This document shows, in pieces, positions 31,659 to 41,246 of a DNA stretch of 64,000 nt (position 1 is the first letter of the stretch; every line of letters starts with the position of its first letter). The DNA is from Bacillota bacterium. GTDB lineage: Bacteria; Bacillota; Clostridia; Clostridiales; Clostridiaceae. Under the pieces are notes generated by a model. That model was not told where the DNA came from. It searched no databases and was given only the letters and a program-made list of their open reading frames with translations. The stretch spans positions 19,370-83,369 of the forward strand of contig JAEZKY010000331.1 in the NCBI GenBank assembly GCA_023435985.1, read 5' to 3'. Made by a program: the position numbers and the translations under genes.

Positions 31659-31862
31659 GCATATTGATCTGGTACTTTTTTGATAATGCCTAATAAAATA
31701 GTTAAAATCCAAATATAAAGTTTTAATAAAAAGGGACGATCAAAATAATTTTAAAAATTTTGAAAGTCCCTTATATATTGTGTATTATTATATTTATAGA
31801 AAAGTATTCGAGAATATTATTTTCATGTGCCTTAATAATAAATAATTAGGAGAATGAGTTAT

Positions 31863-32627
31863 ATGTTTACGGAAGAAAGATTGGATGAGATATTAAATAT
31901 ATTAAATATGCAGGGTAAAGTTAAGGTTAAAGATTTAAGTCAAAGGTTTAATGTGACAGAAGATTGTATTAGAAAAGATCTAAAACAGTTAGAACATACA
32001 GGAAAATTAAAAAGAACATATGGAGGGGCAATTCAAGTTAGGCAGTCTTCTCAAATATATGATATTTCAGAAAGGGAAAAGGTAGATATTTCAGCTAAGA
32101 GCATAATTGCAGAAAAAGCCTTAGAATTAATTCAAGATAGGGAAACTATATTTTTAGATATTTCCACAATTAATATTTTAATAGCAAAAGCTCTCTTAAA
32201 AAGTAAAAAAAGAGTGATAGTTGTAACTAATATGCTTGAGATTGCAAATATTTTAGCGATGTCAGAAAATAATATTACAGTTGTGGTTGCAGCAGGTGTT
32301 TTGAATAAAGCATTAAACGGTTTTATTGGAGCAGCGGCTAATGATTTTATTAAAAAATATAAATTTGATAAAGCCTTTATAGGTAGTTGCGGAATTGATG
32401 CTTTTGATAAAAGTATAACTACTTTTGAAATTGAGGATGGGATAACCAAAGCAGCTATAATACAATCCAGCAAAAAAACATTTTTGGTAATGGAAAATAA
32501 AAAGTTTAATGTAGATGGCAATTATAAATTCGCTATGATTGATGATATAGATGCAATAATAACAAATGAAAAGCCTAATGAACAGATCACAGAAATATTA
32601 GATAATAGCGAAATAGAATTGATATAA
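31863..32627 (+). CDS. DeoR/GlpR family regulator
   Basis: MFTEERL, FNVTEDCIRKDL, RTYGGA. Confidence 0.9.
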   Translation: MFTEERLDEILNILNMQGKVKVKDLSQRFNVTEDCIRKDLKQLEHTGKLKRTYGGAIQVRQSSQIYDISEREKVDISAKSIIAEKALELIQDRETIFLDISTINILIAKALLKSKKRVIVVTNMLEIANILAMSENNITVVVAAGVLNKALNGFIGAAANDFIKKYKFDKAFIGSCGIDAFDKSITTFEIEDGITKAAIIQSSKKTFLVMENKKFNVDGNYKFAMIDDIDAIITNEKPNEQITEILDNSEIELI

Positions 32628-32629
32628 AA

Positions 32630-32664
32630 ATGATAGTAGAGTTCCTAGGGAACTTTACTATCAT
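32630..32664. terminator. Hairpin between convergent genes
   Basis: ATGATAGTAGAGTTCC/GGAACTTTACTATCAT. Confidence 0.65.
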
Positions 32665-33101
32665 CTTAGCCACATGATAATGGCATCTTCTTTATTATCT
32701 TCGTAATAGCCTCTTCTAATTCCATCCTGCTTAAAATTGTATTTTTCATATAATGCTTTTGCGGCTGTATTACTGCTTCTAACTTCAAGGGTAAAGGCGG
32801 TGCAGGCCCGCTCATTTTTACAATAATAAATTAATTCATTAAGGAGCTTAGATGCAATTCCTTGCTTTCTGCAGTTTGGGTGTATAGCTATATTTGTTAT
32901 ATGTGCTTCATCTAAAATGATCCATGTTCCTGCAAAACCAACAACTTTTCCATCAAGTCTTGCTATAAAATATTTAGCCACAGGATTAGATAATTCTTGT
33001 ATATAGGATTCTATGCTCCAGGAAACAGAGAAACTTAATGAGCTTATTTCTAGAACTTCATCAATGTCTTCTTCTTTCATCAAATCAATAGTTACACACA
33101 T
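32661..33101 (-). CDS. rimI: Ribosomal protein alanine N-acetyltransferase
   Basis: EAHITNIA, LEVRSSN, RRGYY..EDA; synteny with tsaEB. Confidence 0.92.
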   Translation of the reverse strand: MCVTIDLMKEEDIDEVLEISSLSFSVSWSIESYIQELSNPVAKYFIARLDGKVVGFAGTWIILDEAHITNIAIHPNCRKQGIASKLLNELIYYCKNERACTAFTLEVRSSNTAAKALYEKYNFKQDGIRRGYYEDNKEDAIIMWLR

Positions 33102-33103
33102 AT

Positions 33104-33850
33104 CTATTTCATCCTTTGCTCATATTCTCTTTCAGCTTGTGATTTCTTCAGGTAAAATGGAGTAGAGTTTGGATCATCAAAATCACCATTTTTTAATAAT
33201 ACATTGCCTATTTCGCCTAAAGAAGAAGCACGAACTAAATTAAGATGATTAGGTGGAAAATAACAATTTGGACAATTTTCAATTAAATAATCCTTATATT
33301 TATCTACACCATCACCAATAAATATAACTTTTTCTTCTTTTGCTTTGATAATTTCTACAAGTTCATTAAGATCTAGAGCAGAATAATCTAAAATTTTTTC
33401 TAGTGTAACTGGAAGATCAGAATCTGCATTGTTTGATTTCATGTCAGTTATGGAATCAGCAGCATGCCCCTTATACAATGCAGTATATACACTATTTCGT
33501 AATGCATCCATTATAGGACATATAATTCCATCAAAATTAGCTGCGCTTAGCGCTAAAGCATCTAGACTTGATACACTGACATAAGGTTTATTACTTCCAA
33601 AGCTAAGCCCTTTTATTGTGGCCATACCTATTCTAAGGCCAGTGAAAGAACCAGGGCCTTTAGAAACAACATATCCATCGATATCTTCTATATTTAAGTT
33701 ATTAGCTTTTAATAAATTTTCGATTATGGACATGAGAATGACAGAGTGCTCTTTCTTATCATTTAAAGTAATTTCTCCAAGTAATTTATTATCCTTCATT
33801 AAAGCAGCAGTTGCTACCTTTGAAGATGAATCTATAGAGAGTATAATCAT
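33104..33850 (-). CDS. tsaB: t6A biosynthesis protein TsaB
   Basis: IDSSS, HS, GPGSFTGLRIG, SSLDAL. Confidence 0.95.
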   Translation of the reverse strand: MIILSIDSSSKVATAALMKDNKLLGEITLNDKKEHSVILMSIIENLLKANNLNIEDIDGYVVSKGPGSFTGLRIGMATIKGLSFGSNKPYVSVSSLDALALSAANFDGIICPIMDALRNSVYTALYKGHAADSITDMKSNNADSDLPVTLEKILDYSALDLNELVEIIKAKEEKVIFIGDGVDKYKDYLIENCPNCYFPPNHLNLVRASSLGEIGNVLLKNGDFDDPNSTPFYLKKSQAEREYEQRMK

Positions 33851-34308
33851 ATCTTCAACTCCTTTATATAATCATATCTTCCTCCATAAGGAGTTAAAAT
33901 TATTTTTCTGTAATCTTCACCTTTAGTAAGATCCTTTTTTATATTTATATGAAGTAAATCATCTGGTAGAATTTCTTCTATATAATTTGCCCATTCAATA
34001 ATAGATACTGCATCTGAAAAAATATAGTCATCAAAGCCAATTGCATAAATTTCATCAGGGTCATTTACTCTATATACATCAAAATGGTTGAGTTTTAATC
34101 TACCACTATCATATTCATTAACAATTGTAAAAGTTGGACTTGTAATAGTATCGGTTACTCCAAGGCCTTGTGCAATTCCCTTAGTAATATGAGTTTTGCC
34201 AACCCCTAAATCTCCAGTTAAACAGATTATATCACCGGTATTTAATAATTTACCTAATTCTATCCCAAGATTAGTGGTATCAGCTACATTATAAATTTCA
34301 AATTCCAT
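33847..34308 (-). CDS. tsaE: t6A biosynthesis ATPase TsaE
   Basis: GDLGVGKT, TSPTF, HFDVYR, IEWA. Confidence 0.95.
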   Translation of the reverse strand: MEFEIYNVADTTNLGIELGKLLNTGDIICLTGDLGVGKTHITKGIAQGLGVTDTITSPTFTIVNEYDSGRLKLNHFDVYRVNDPDEIYAIGFDDYIFSDAVSIIEWANYIEEILPDDLLHINIKKDLTKGEDYRKIILTPYGGRYDYIKELKI

Positions 34309-34794
34309 GAAATACCTCCTTCAAGTGAGAACACATTCACACGTTAGATTTTTCTCACACACGCTAAAAAAGTCAGATGTATAAAGAAACCTATGGTTCT
34401 ATAGTCATCTGCGATTTTTTTGTTTAAAATTCTATCCAAATAGTTTATAATACATTCTGAGTGAAAATAATAAAAACGAGGCTTATAAATTCTCATCCTT
34501 TTATTTTATATCAAAATTATATAAAAGCAAATTAAAAATATTGTTTATAAGTAACTTTAATATTACATAAATTAAATATTCAGAAAAAATGTAATAAATT
34601 TGTATATATTTCTTCTGAATATGTTGGTATAATAAAGTAAAATATATGCTAAACTGTAATTAACAAAAATAATAAATGAATAGAGAATTAATTATTTTTG
34701 CTACATAAATTATAAATTGTTCTATATTTATTAATTAATAAGTATATTAGAAAGAAAATTATAAGAAGTCAGTCAATTTTGGAGGTGACTTATT

Positions 34795-35700
34795 TTGAAG
34801 AAGATTACCTTTGCAATGATAATAATAACTATTGCATTGTCTTTTGGTATGAGTTTTTTTTCAAATCCTTTGTTAGCAAACACTGACAATAATAGAACAG
34901 AAAATAGAGATAAATATTTAAATATAATGACAGTTAATAAACCACAATATGATATGGTTAAGAAAATCACAAAAGATAGGAATAATGTAGAGTATATGCT
35001 TACTGAGGAGAAGGATATTAGTGAGTTTAAATATAGTGAGGATGTTTTAAATAACATATCTAATATGGATTTATTTATATATTCTGGTACTTCATTTGAA
35101 CCTTGGAGTAATTCCCTTATTGATGAATTAAAGAAGGGCAATGTTGGAATAATAAATTTAGCAAGGGGTATAAGACTTTTAAGCTATACACAAGGTAGTG
35201 ATACCAAGGAGAATCCTTATTATTTTGAAGGCATAGAGGAATATAAGATAGCTTTGTATAATGTAAAAGCAGCTATTCAAGATAAAGATCCTCAAAATAG
35301 AGATTATTATGAGGAAAATTACAATGAAGCCGTAAAAGAACTTGATGATAATTTAAAGAAATACAGTGATAAATTAAAATCTCTTAGTGAATATAAATTT
35401 ATAACATTAAATAATGATTTTGATTACTTGACTAAATCTTTAAGCTTAAATACCATTCAACTTGATAATCATGAAATGGGTGAGTTTATAAAAATTAATA
35501 ATTTGGATCCGAAGAAAGTCATTATAATAGTTGATGGAGAAGCAGGAACTAAATTAGATTTATCAGGATATAATACAGTAAAGTTGTGGAAATATTATGG
35601 AGAGAATTCTTTTGATGATTTGATTTTATACAATGTACAAGAATTAGCTAAATTAGCTCCAGAAAAAGATGATAAAGCTTCTAGCAATGTAGCAGCATAA
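34795..35700 (+). CDS. ZnuA-like metal-ABC solute-binding protein, degenerate ligands
   Basis: Signal peptide; DLFIYSG..FEPW, DPQNRDYYEENY typical of cluster A-I binding proteins. Confidence 0.7.
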   Translation: MKKITFAMIIITIALSFGMSFFSNPLLANTDNNRTENRDKYLNIMTVNKPQYDMVKKITKDRNNVEYMLTEEKDISEFKYSEDVLNNISNMDLFIYSGTSFEPWSNSLIDELKKGNVGIINLARGIRLLSYTQGSDTKENPYYFEGIEEYKIALYNVKAAIQDKDPQNRDYYEENYNEAVKELDDNLKKYSDKLKSLSEYKFITLNNDFDYLTKSLSLNTIQLDNHEMGEFIKINNLDPKKVIIIVDGEAGTKLDLSGYNTVKLWKYYGENSFDDLILYNVQELAKLAPEKDDKASSNVAA

Positions 35701-36040
35701 GCTGATTTTAACTTAATATTAGTTATTTAGTATTTTAATAAAATATATTTACTTATTTAGACTGCTAAAAAAAGTTATTTTATAATTAGGATAGCTTTTT
35801 TTAGTAGTCTTTTTAGCTGTGTCCCCAATTAGCTAAATAAAGTTAGTCTTTCTATTTGTGTAATTAATCACAATATATTATTACAACTTAAATATAAATA
35901 AAAATTTTTTTGTTTTGATGTGATTTTTCTAGATAACCCATATATCCAATATGAATGAATAAAGATAGTGAATTGTCATTATTCAAAGAGAATTTAAATT
36001 AAGGAAAGTCTATATTGAAAAATGAGGGGGAATGGTAATT

Positions 36041-36832
36041 ATGAGAGAAAGAAAATATATAAAATTTAGAACTGATATGTATGAGGATACAAAATTTAAA
36101 ATAATAGATACAAAGCCTAATAGAGATTTAATTCACTATGTTTGGACAAGACTTGTGGCTTTAGCTGGGAAGGTTAATTTAGAAGGAGATTTGTATATGT
36201 CAAGAAATATACCATATACAGTAGAAACTTTAGCAATAGAATTTAACAGGGAAGCAGATCAAATAAGATCGGCTTTAGAAGTATTTATAGAATTAGAAAT
36301 GATTGAACTAACAGAAGCTAAGGTTTATAGAGTGATAAATTTTGCAAAACACCAGAATATCAAAAGAACAGAAAAAAATAAATCTAAGAATGAGGCAGCA
36401 AAGTTAGAAGACATAAGTAAAGAAAAGCTTGAAAACAAAACTGAAGTAGATGAGCTAAACAGAGATAATAATACAAACAATGAAATTAAAGCAGAGGAAG
36501 GAAAGTTAGCAAAAGCTGGTGAAAGTAAAGATAATAAGGATACACTAAATGTTGAAAGCTCAGGTGAGGAAAATAAAGAATTTACGGATGAATATATGAT
36601 GAAAATTAATACTGATATGAATAAGGAAGCACTAAGTAATAGTTCAAGAGATAAACCTCCTATAAATTTAGAGGTTAAAAAAAGCAAAAGAATAAATAAA
36701 AAAATGAAAAATGGAATCACCTGCGAAATTACGGATCAAGAACTGCAGTCTGATGATGTAATATGCTGGGTTAGTGATGGAGAAATGTCTTTAGCTGAGG
36801 GCGATGAATTAGTATCTAAATGGGCATTTTAA
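36041..36832 (+). CDS. Phage replisome organizer N-terminal domain protein
   Basis: YIKFRTDMYEDTKFKII, LAGKVN.G, PYT.E.LA..F, NFAKHQN, then low-complexity E/K/N tail. Confidence 0.8.
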   Translation: MRERKYIKFRTDMYEDTKFKIIDTKPNRDLIHYVWTRLVALAGKVNLEGDLYMSRNIPYTVETLAIEFNREADQIRSALEVFIELEMIELTEAKVYRVINFAKHQNIKRTEKNKSKNEAAKLEDISKEKLENKTEVDELNRDNNTNNEIKAEEGKLAKAGESKDNKDTLNVESSGEENKEFTDEYMMKINTDMNKEALSNSSRDKPPINLEVKKSKRINKKMKNGITCEITDQELQSDDVICWVSDGEMSLAEGDELVSKWAF

Positions 36833-37110
36833 CTAAAAAGGTATTGAATCTGAAGATTTACAAAGGTGATATATACACTGATTGTATGATTAAGAATATA
36901 TATTCCTTGAACTGTAGCCTCATAAGAGTTTTTTCAAGCTATATTCATTAAATCTTTGTTCGTATTTATTTATACTAGAAACCACATACATATTTGTAAT
37001 ATCAATGGTCATAATATGTAAGAGGCAATTGAAATTGAGCTGATGAAGGCTGTTAAGAAAAAATTTATTGATTAATTTATAAATATGTTATATAATAAAT
37101 CTTGTCGCTT

Positions 37111-37185
37111 AGGGGTATGGCTCAACGGTAGAGTAGTGGTCTCCAAAACCATTGGTTCTGGGTTCAAATCCTAGTGCCCCTGCCA
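37111..37185 (+). tRNA. tRNA-Trp (CCA)
   Basis: AGGGGTA acceptor..TGCCCCT-G-CCA, anticodon arm GTGGT-CTCCAAA-ACCAT, GGTTCAAATCC T-loop. Confidence 0.97.
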
Positions 37186-37889
37186 CAAAGGTCGTAGTAC
37201 GTTGTACTACGGCTTTTTTATTTTTCAAAGAAAAGCTACCTGATAAAGTGGCTTATAGAGCCATTCTTCAGTGTGGGTAATGTTACCATGTGTTAGCTAA
37301 TACTTGTTTGTGAGGGGCAATAAGGGACAAAAATGTACAGATTAGATTCAAAATGCGCTGGAAATTTTAAAATTGAAATAAAATTTTAAATAAGCTGTGC
37401 TTATTAGCTTTAAAAATTATTGATGAATATTTATTTAAAAGTGATCTTATGCATTTGTTAAGTATAGAAAATTCATTAACAAAATACCTTAGGACCATAG
37501 TTTTTTATACCCACAAATAGTTATTTGATAGAGGATTTATTGAACATTAATCTAAATTAATGTAATATATTATAATATAGAAATATATGTTAAATATTGA
37601 ATTATATTTAAATGATGTTTTATTAATTTATTGTATAAATATTTTCTAGCAATATAAATAAGATATTTACTATAAAACAGACTCTTAAAATAATAAGTAA
37701 TAAGCCCTGTAATGTTAGACAACCCAATTAAGTCATTGCAGAGTCTAAAGAGAACTAACAACTGAATGCTAGTAATGTAATTGTATTACATTTATGTAAT
37801 AATGTCTATGATATAAAATAAAATTACATTATGTATAAATTTTTCATTTGGTTTTTAGCATCTCTGTAAAGAGAGAGGGGAAAACATAA

Positions 37890-39209
37890 ATGTTTGATAA
37901 TGAAATTATTAAACAAGGTGAAAGGTTAAAAAAGATAAGACAAATAATTCTTGGAGCAACTCAGGAGGAGATTTCAGAAGGTATATGCACAAAAACTATG
38001 ATAAGTCTAATCGAGAATGATAAAAAAAGATTAAATTTTAAATTAGCTACTGGAATTGCTGGAAATTTAAATAAAATTGCAAAAAAGAAAGGACTGGATA
38101 TATCTTTAATTACTCCAAAGGAATTAATGGAAAATGAAGATGAAAAAGCAAATTATATTTTTAAAAATCAAATTTTAAATGAATTAAAAGAAATTAAAAG
38201 AATAGATTTGTTCGAACAAAAGTTTATGGAAGCTGAAGAACTAATTGAAAAGTATAATATTGAAGATAATAAAAAAATAGAACTGTATAAATTAGCTGAT
38301 TATTTCTATTACTATAGACATAGATATTCTAAAAGTGATCAAATGTGTGATCTTGGATTAAAGGTAAGTATTAATTCCCAAAATAGTTTTGAGGAGATAA
38401 GTTTTTATATATATAAATCTAGAACTAATATATTTACAAGAAATTATATTAAAGCATTGCAACAATTGGATTACGCAGAAAAACTAAATGGTAGTATAGT
38501 AAATGATGAGCTTTCTATAATGATATTGTATTACAAGGCGCTGGCATATAAAAAGCTAGGCGAATATGATAGTGCTTTAGAATGTTTTAAAATACTATGG
38601 AAATTTGAAATTAAGGATTGCGATATGTTATTAAGGGCGAAAATGAACTGTGCCAATTGTTTTAGTGATACTTATAAATTCGATGAAGCCGAAAAACAAT
38701 ACAAAGAAACATTAAATCTTGCTATGAAATATGATGATAAAGATATTATAGCTGCAGCTTATAGAAATTTATCTGAATTATATTTCAATAAAGGAAAATA
38801 CAAAGATGCCGCAGAATATATAAAAGTCTGTCTAAAAAATCATCCTGAAAATCGATATATTAGTGAAACCCTTTGTTTTTCAGCTAAAGTTCTTAGTCAT
38901 GTAAATGAAGAATTTGAGATGTATCTCTTACGGGCATTAGAAATATGTGAGAAAGATGATAGGGAAGATTTAATCTTAATTGAACAAGTGATTTATGAGC
39001 TGGTGCTAATTTATATAAAAAAAGAAGATAAGGAAAATTTAGTACTAATGGCAGATAAAGCAAAAGAATTAAATATAGATTATTCTTTAATTTATTTAGA
39101 AATTGGAGAGTATTATAGAGGACGAAATGAAGAAAAGAGTAGATATTTTATTAGGAAATCAAAAGAAAAAATGAAACAGATCAAAAAATTTTTAACAAAT
39201 TCTTTATAG
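37890..39209 (+). CDS. RRNPP-type quorum-sensing regulator (XRE HTH + TPR repeats)
   Basis: GERLKKIRQ..TQEEIS..MISLIEN HTH; TPRs (YYKALAYKKLGEYDSAL, AYRNLSELYFNKGKY); followed by small secreted-peptide gene. Confidence 0.82.
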   Translation: MFDNEIIKQGERLKKIRQIILGATQEEISEGICTKTMISLIENDKKRLNFKLATGIAGNLNKIAKKKGLDISLITPKELMENEDEKANYIFKNQILNELKEIKRIDLFEQKFMEAEELIEKYNIEDNKKIELYKLADYFYYYRHRYSKSDQMCDLGLKVSINSQNSFEEISFYIYKSRTNIFTRNYIKALQQLDYAEKLNGSIVNDELSIMILYYKALAYKKLGEYDSALECFKILWKFEIKDCDMLLRAKMNCANCFSDTYKFDEAEKQYKETLNLAMKYDDKDIIAAAYRNLSELYFNKGKYKDAAEYIKVCLKNHPENRYISETLCFSAKVLSHVNEEFEMYLLRALEICEKDDREDLILIEQVIYELVLIYIKKEDKENLVLMADKAKELNIDYSLIYLEIGEYYRGRNEEKSRYFIRKSKEKMKQIKKFLTNSL

Positions 39210-39283
39210 CATATTTCAATATTATGGTATAATGTTAAATGAAGTATTCATTGCCTTAATTAGACTTTTCTAGGGGGAAATTT

Positions 39284-39445
39284 ATGAAAAAAATTATATT
39301 AGCAGCAATAGCAGTATCAATGTTATTAACAAATGTCGCCTTTGCTTCAAGTAAAACTACACATACTAATAGCACTAAAAATGGTGCGGTGTCTAGTGTG
39401 AAGCAAAATAATGTATATCATTTAGATTCACAAGATATGGATTGA
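39284..39445 (+). CDS. Putative RRNPP signalling-peptide precursor (53 aa, absent from ORF track)
   Basis: MKKIILAAIAVSMLLTNVAFA|SSKTTHTNSTKNGAVSSVKQNNVYHLDSQDMD; AGGGGG RBS; TGGTATAAT extended -10 at 39225-39233; terminator 39484-39523. Confidence 0.8.
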   Translation: MKKIILAAIAVSMLLTNVAFASSKTTHTNSTKNGAVSSVKQNNVYHLDSQDMD

Positions 39446-39601
39446 TAATAAAATCAACAAAAATATAATGTAAAAGATATGAGAAAGTTAAGTGGAGTTC
39501 TAGATAATTTGCTTAGCTTTTTTAATTTATAGAATAGAAAAAGCATATAGATAAATGATTTTGTAATAAAGATTTTAAATAAAGAAATAAGTAGGTTGAT
39601 A

Positions 39602-39730
39602 GAATTATATAAATTATTATTTGATTCATGCAGAAATTATAAAGTATTATATATATGAAAAAGGGAAGAAAACAACTATTTCAATAATTAATTGACAAAC
39701 TTAAGGAGACTAAAATATTTAAAAAATTTT
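39602..39730 (+). pseudogene. Decayed 3' remnant of a second HTH-TPR receptor
   Basis: NYYLIHAEIIKYY aligns with DYSLIYLEIGEYY near the receptor C-terminus; DNA similar to ~39066-39195. Confidence 0.5.
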
Positions 39731-39810
39731 TTATCGCAAATTTCGGCATTATATTACAATGTTAAATGAAGCATTTGTCAATTTGGTTAACTTTTTTATG
39801 TGAGAAATTT

Positions 39811-39970
39811 ATGAAAAAAACTATATTGCAGGTAGTAGTGAAAAGAACACTATTAATAAAGGTTGCATTTGTTTCAACTAAAACTTATATACTAATACTG
39901 CAAAAATAGCACAGTATCTAGTGTAAAGCGCAATAGTGAGACTCGTGTAAATACACAAAATCCAAATTAA
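39811..39970 (+). pseudogene. Frameshifted paralog of the signalling-peptide gene
   Basis: MKKTIL..VAFVSTKT, two 1-nt deletions, then ..STVSSVKRNSETRVNTQNPN*; upstream AATGTTAAATGAAG shared; RBS decayed. Confidence 0.75.
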
Positions 39971-40107
39971 AAACAATAAAAGAGTATATAAAATATTGCA
40001 AAGACATGCTAAAAAGTGGAATAAGTTTAACAGAATTCAAGTGAATTTTGTTAAACTTTTTTAAATTTGTAAAACTTCAGAGATATTTATATAATTAAGT
40101 TCGTAAT

Positions 40108-40246
40108 ATGTATTTAAAATAAATTAAGCTAAATAAGCAGATATTGCTAAGAATTGAATTCAGATGATGTATTAGAAATAAGTAAAAGATTGGATGAAAT
40201 TATTGTTGAGGCGTACAAAGAACAACTCAATATAAATAATAAATAA
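40108..40246 (+). pseudogene. Spo0E-like aspartyl-phosphate phosphatase, frameshifted
   Basis: LNSDDVLEISKRLDEIIVEAY (SxxLD motif) at 40154-40246; in-frame stop at 40148, KLNKQIL in another frame. Confidence 0.6.
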
Positions 40247-40270
40247 TATTTAGAGAAAGGTGAGGCTTTA

Positions 40271-40474
40271 ATGGTAATTAGAGAGTCAATCGAAATATAT
40301 CGAGAAGATACTTCAATTGAAAAGTTTAAAAAGGAAATTGAATTATTAAAAAGTGCTGGATACAAAGTATTTAATGAAAGCAACGATCATGTACGTTTTT
40401 TACAATCCACTACTGTAGTTGATTCAAATTTACTTCATAATAAAAAATTACAAGTAAAAAATTACAAGCAGTAA
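40271..40474 (+). CDS. Hypothetical protein (67 aa)
   Basis: AGGTGAGG RBS, open frame; no recognised motif. Confidence 0.6.
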   Translation: MVIRESIEIYREDTSIEKFKKEIELLKSAGYKVFNESNDHVRFLQSTTVVDSNLLHNKKLQVKNYKQ

Positions 40475-40828
40475 TTAAGTTATATACGGTTTTTCTAGCA
40501 TTTTGTTGAATTTCTTTTTCTATTCTAAAAGAATTAATAAAATGGGACACAACGGGGACGCTTTAAAAATTTGAGAGTGGATTTAAGTACACTTGAATAA
40601 AAGTGTATGAGCATTCCCAATTGAAGGCAAGTTAACATTTTTGATTTGCCTGCTATAGAAGTTATAAAGCAAAAAGAAATAATTATTAAGTTTTATGGAT
40701 TATAGAATAATCAATTTAAAATGTATCAGCATACAATTATTGGATGCTGATACATTTGTTTTTAAAAATTTAGCAAAGAGATGTAGTTGTTGTATTAATG
40801 TGATTTATCTAGAAGGAGTGAAATATTG

Positions 40829-41086
40829 ATGTCTACTTTTAGTATTAATGATAATCCATTTGGAATGATTTTAATTATCTTTCCACTGCTTACATTTATA
40901 GCATCCTTAATTTTACAAATTTTAATTAAGAAAAAAGTAATTATTTTAGGTGTTGTTTTTATAGGATATTTAATTGTTACATTTACTTTATTTAATTCAA
41001 CTTTCCTAATATGGTGTTTTGTTTACACGGGTATATCATTAGTTGGAACATTTAGTGCAGATTCAATTCTTAAATATAAGGAATAA
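40829..41086 (+). CDS. Small membrane protein (DUF2651/YbeF-like)
   Basis: GAAGGAG RBS; three hydrophobic segments, FNSTFLIW..VYT. Confidence 0.6.
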   Translation: MSTFSINDNPFGMILIIFPLLTFIASLILQILIKKKVIILGVVFIGYLIVTFTLFNSTFLIWCFVYTGISLVGTFSADSILKYKE

Positions 41087-41246
41087 CATATTCTTAACTT
41101 AAAAGTTTCTGCTGTATCCTCATCTCGCCTTTGGTTTATCATCAAGCTTGTGGATTCTCCATATACTACGATTATGTCAACAGGCAATAAGTGGTCTTTA
41201 TTGCTGTTACACAAAAAGATAGAAGCGCAGCTATTAAAGCAATACG

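Noticed and set aside
33410..33475. ~20-aa polar insertion in TsaB
   Set aside because: In frame and probably a variable surface loop; no intein or mobile features
37570..37761. 63-aa minus-strand ORF divergent from the RRNPP receptor
   Set aside because: No convincing RBS; composition typical of random AT-rich frames
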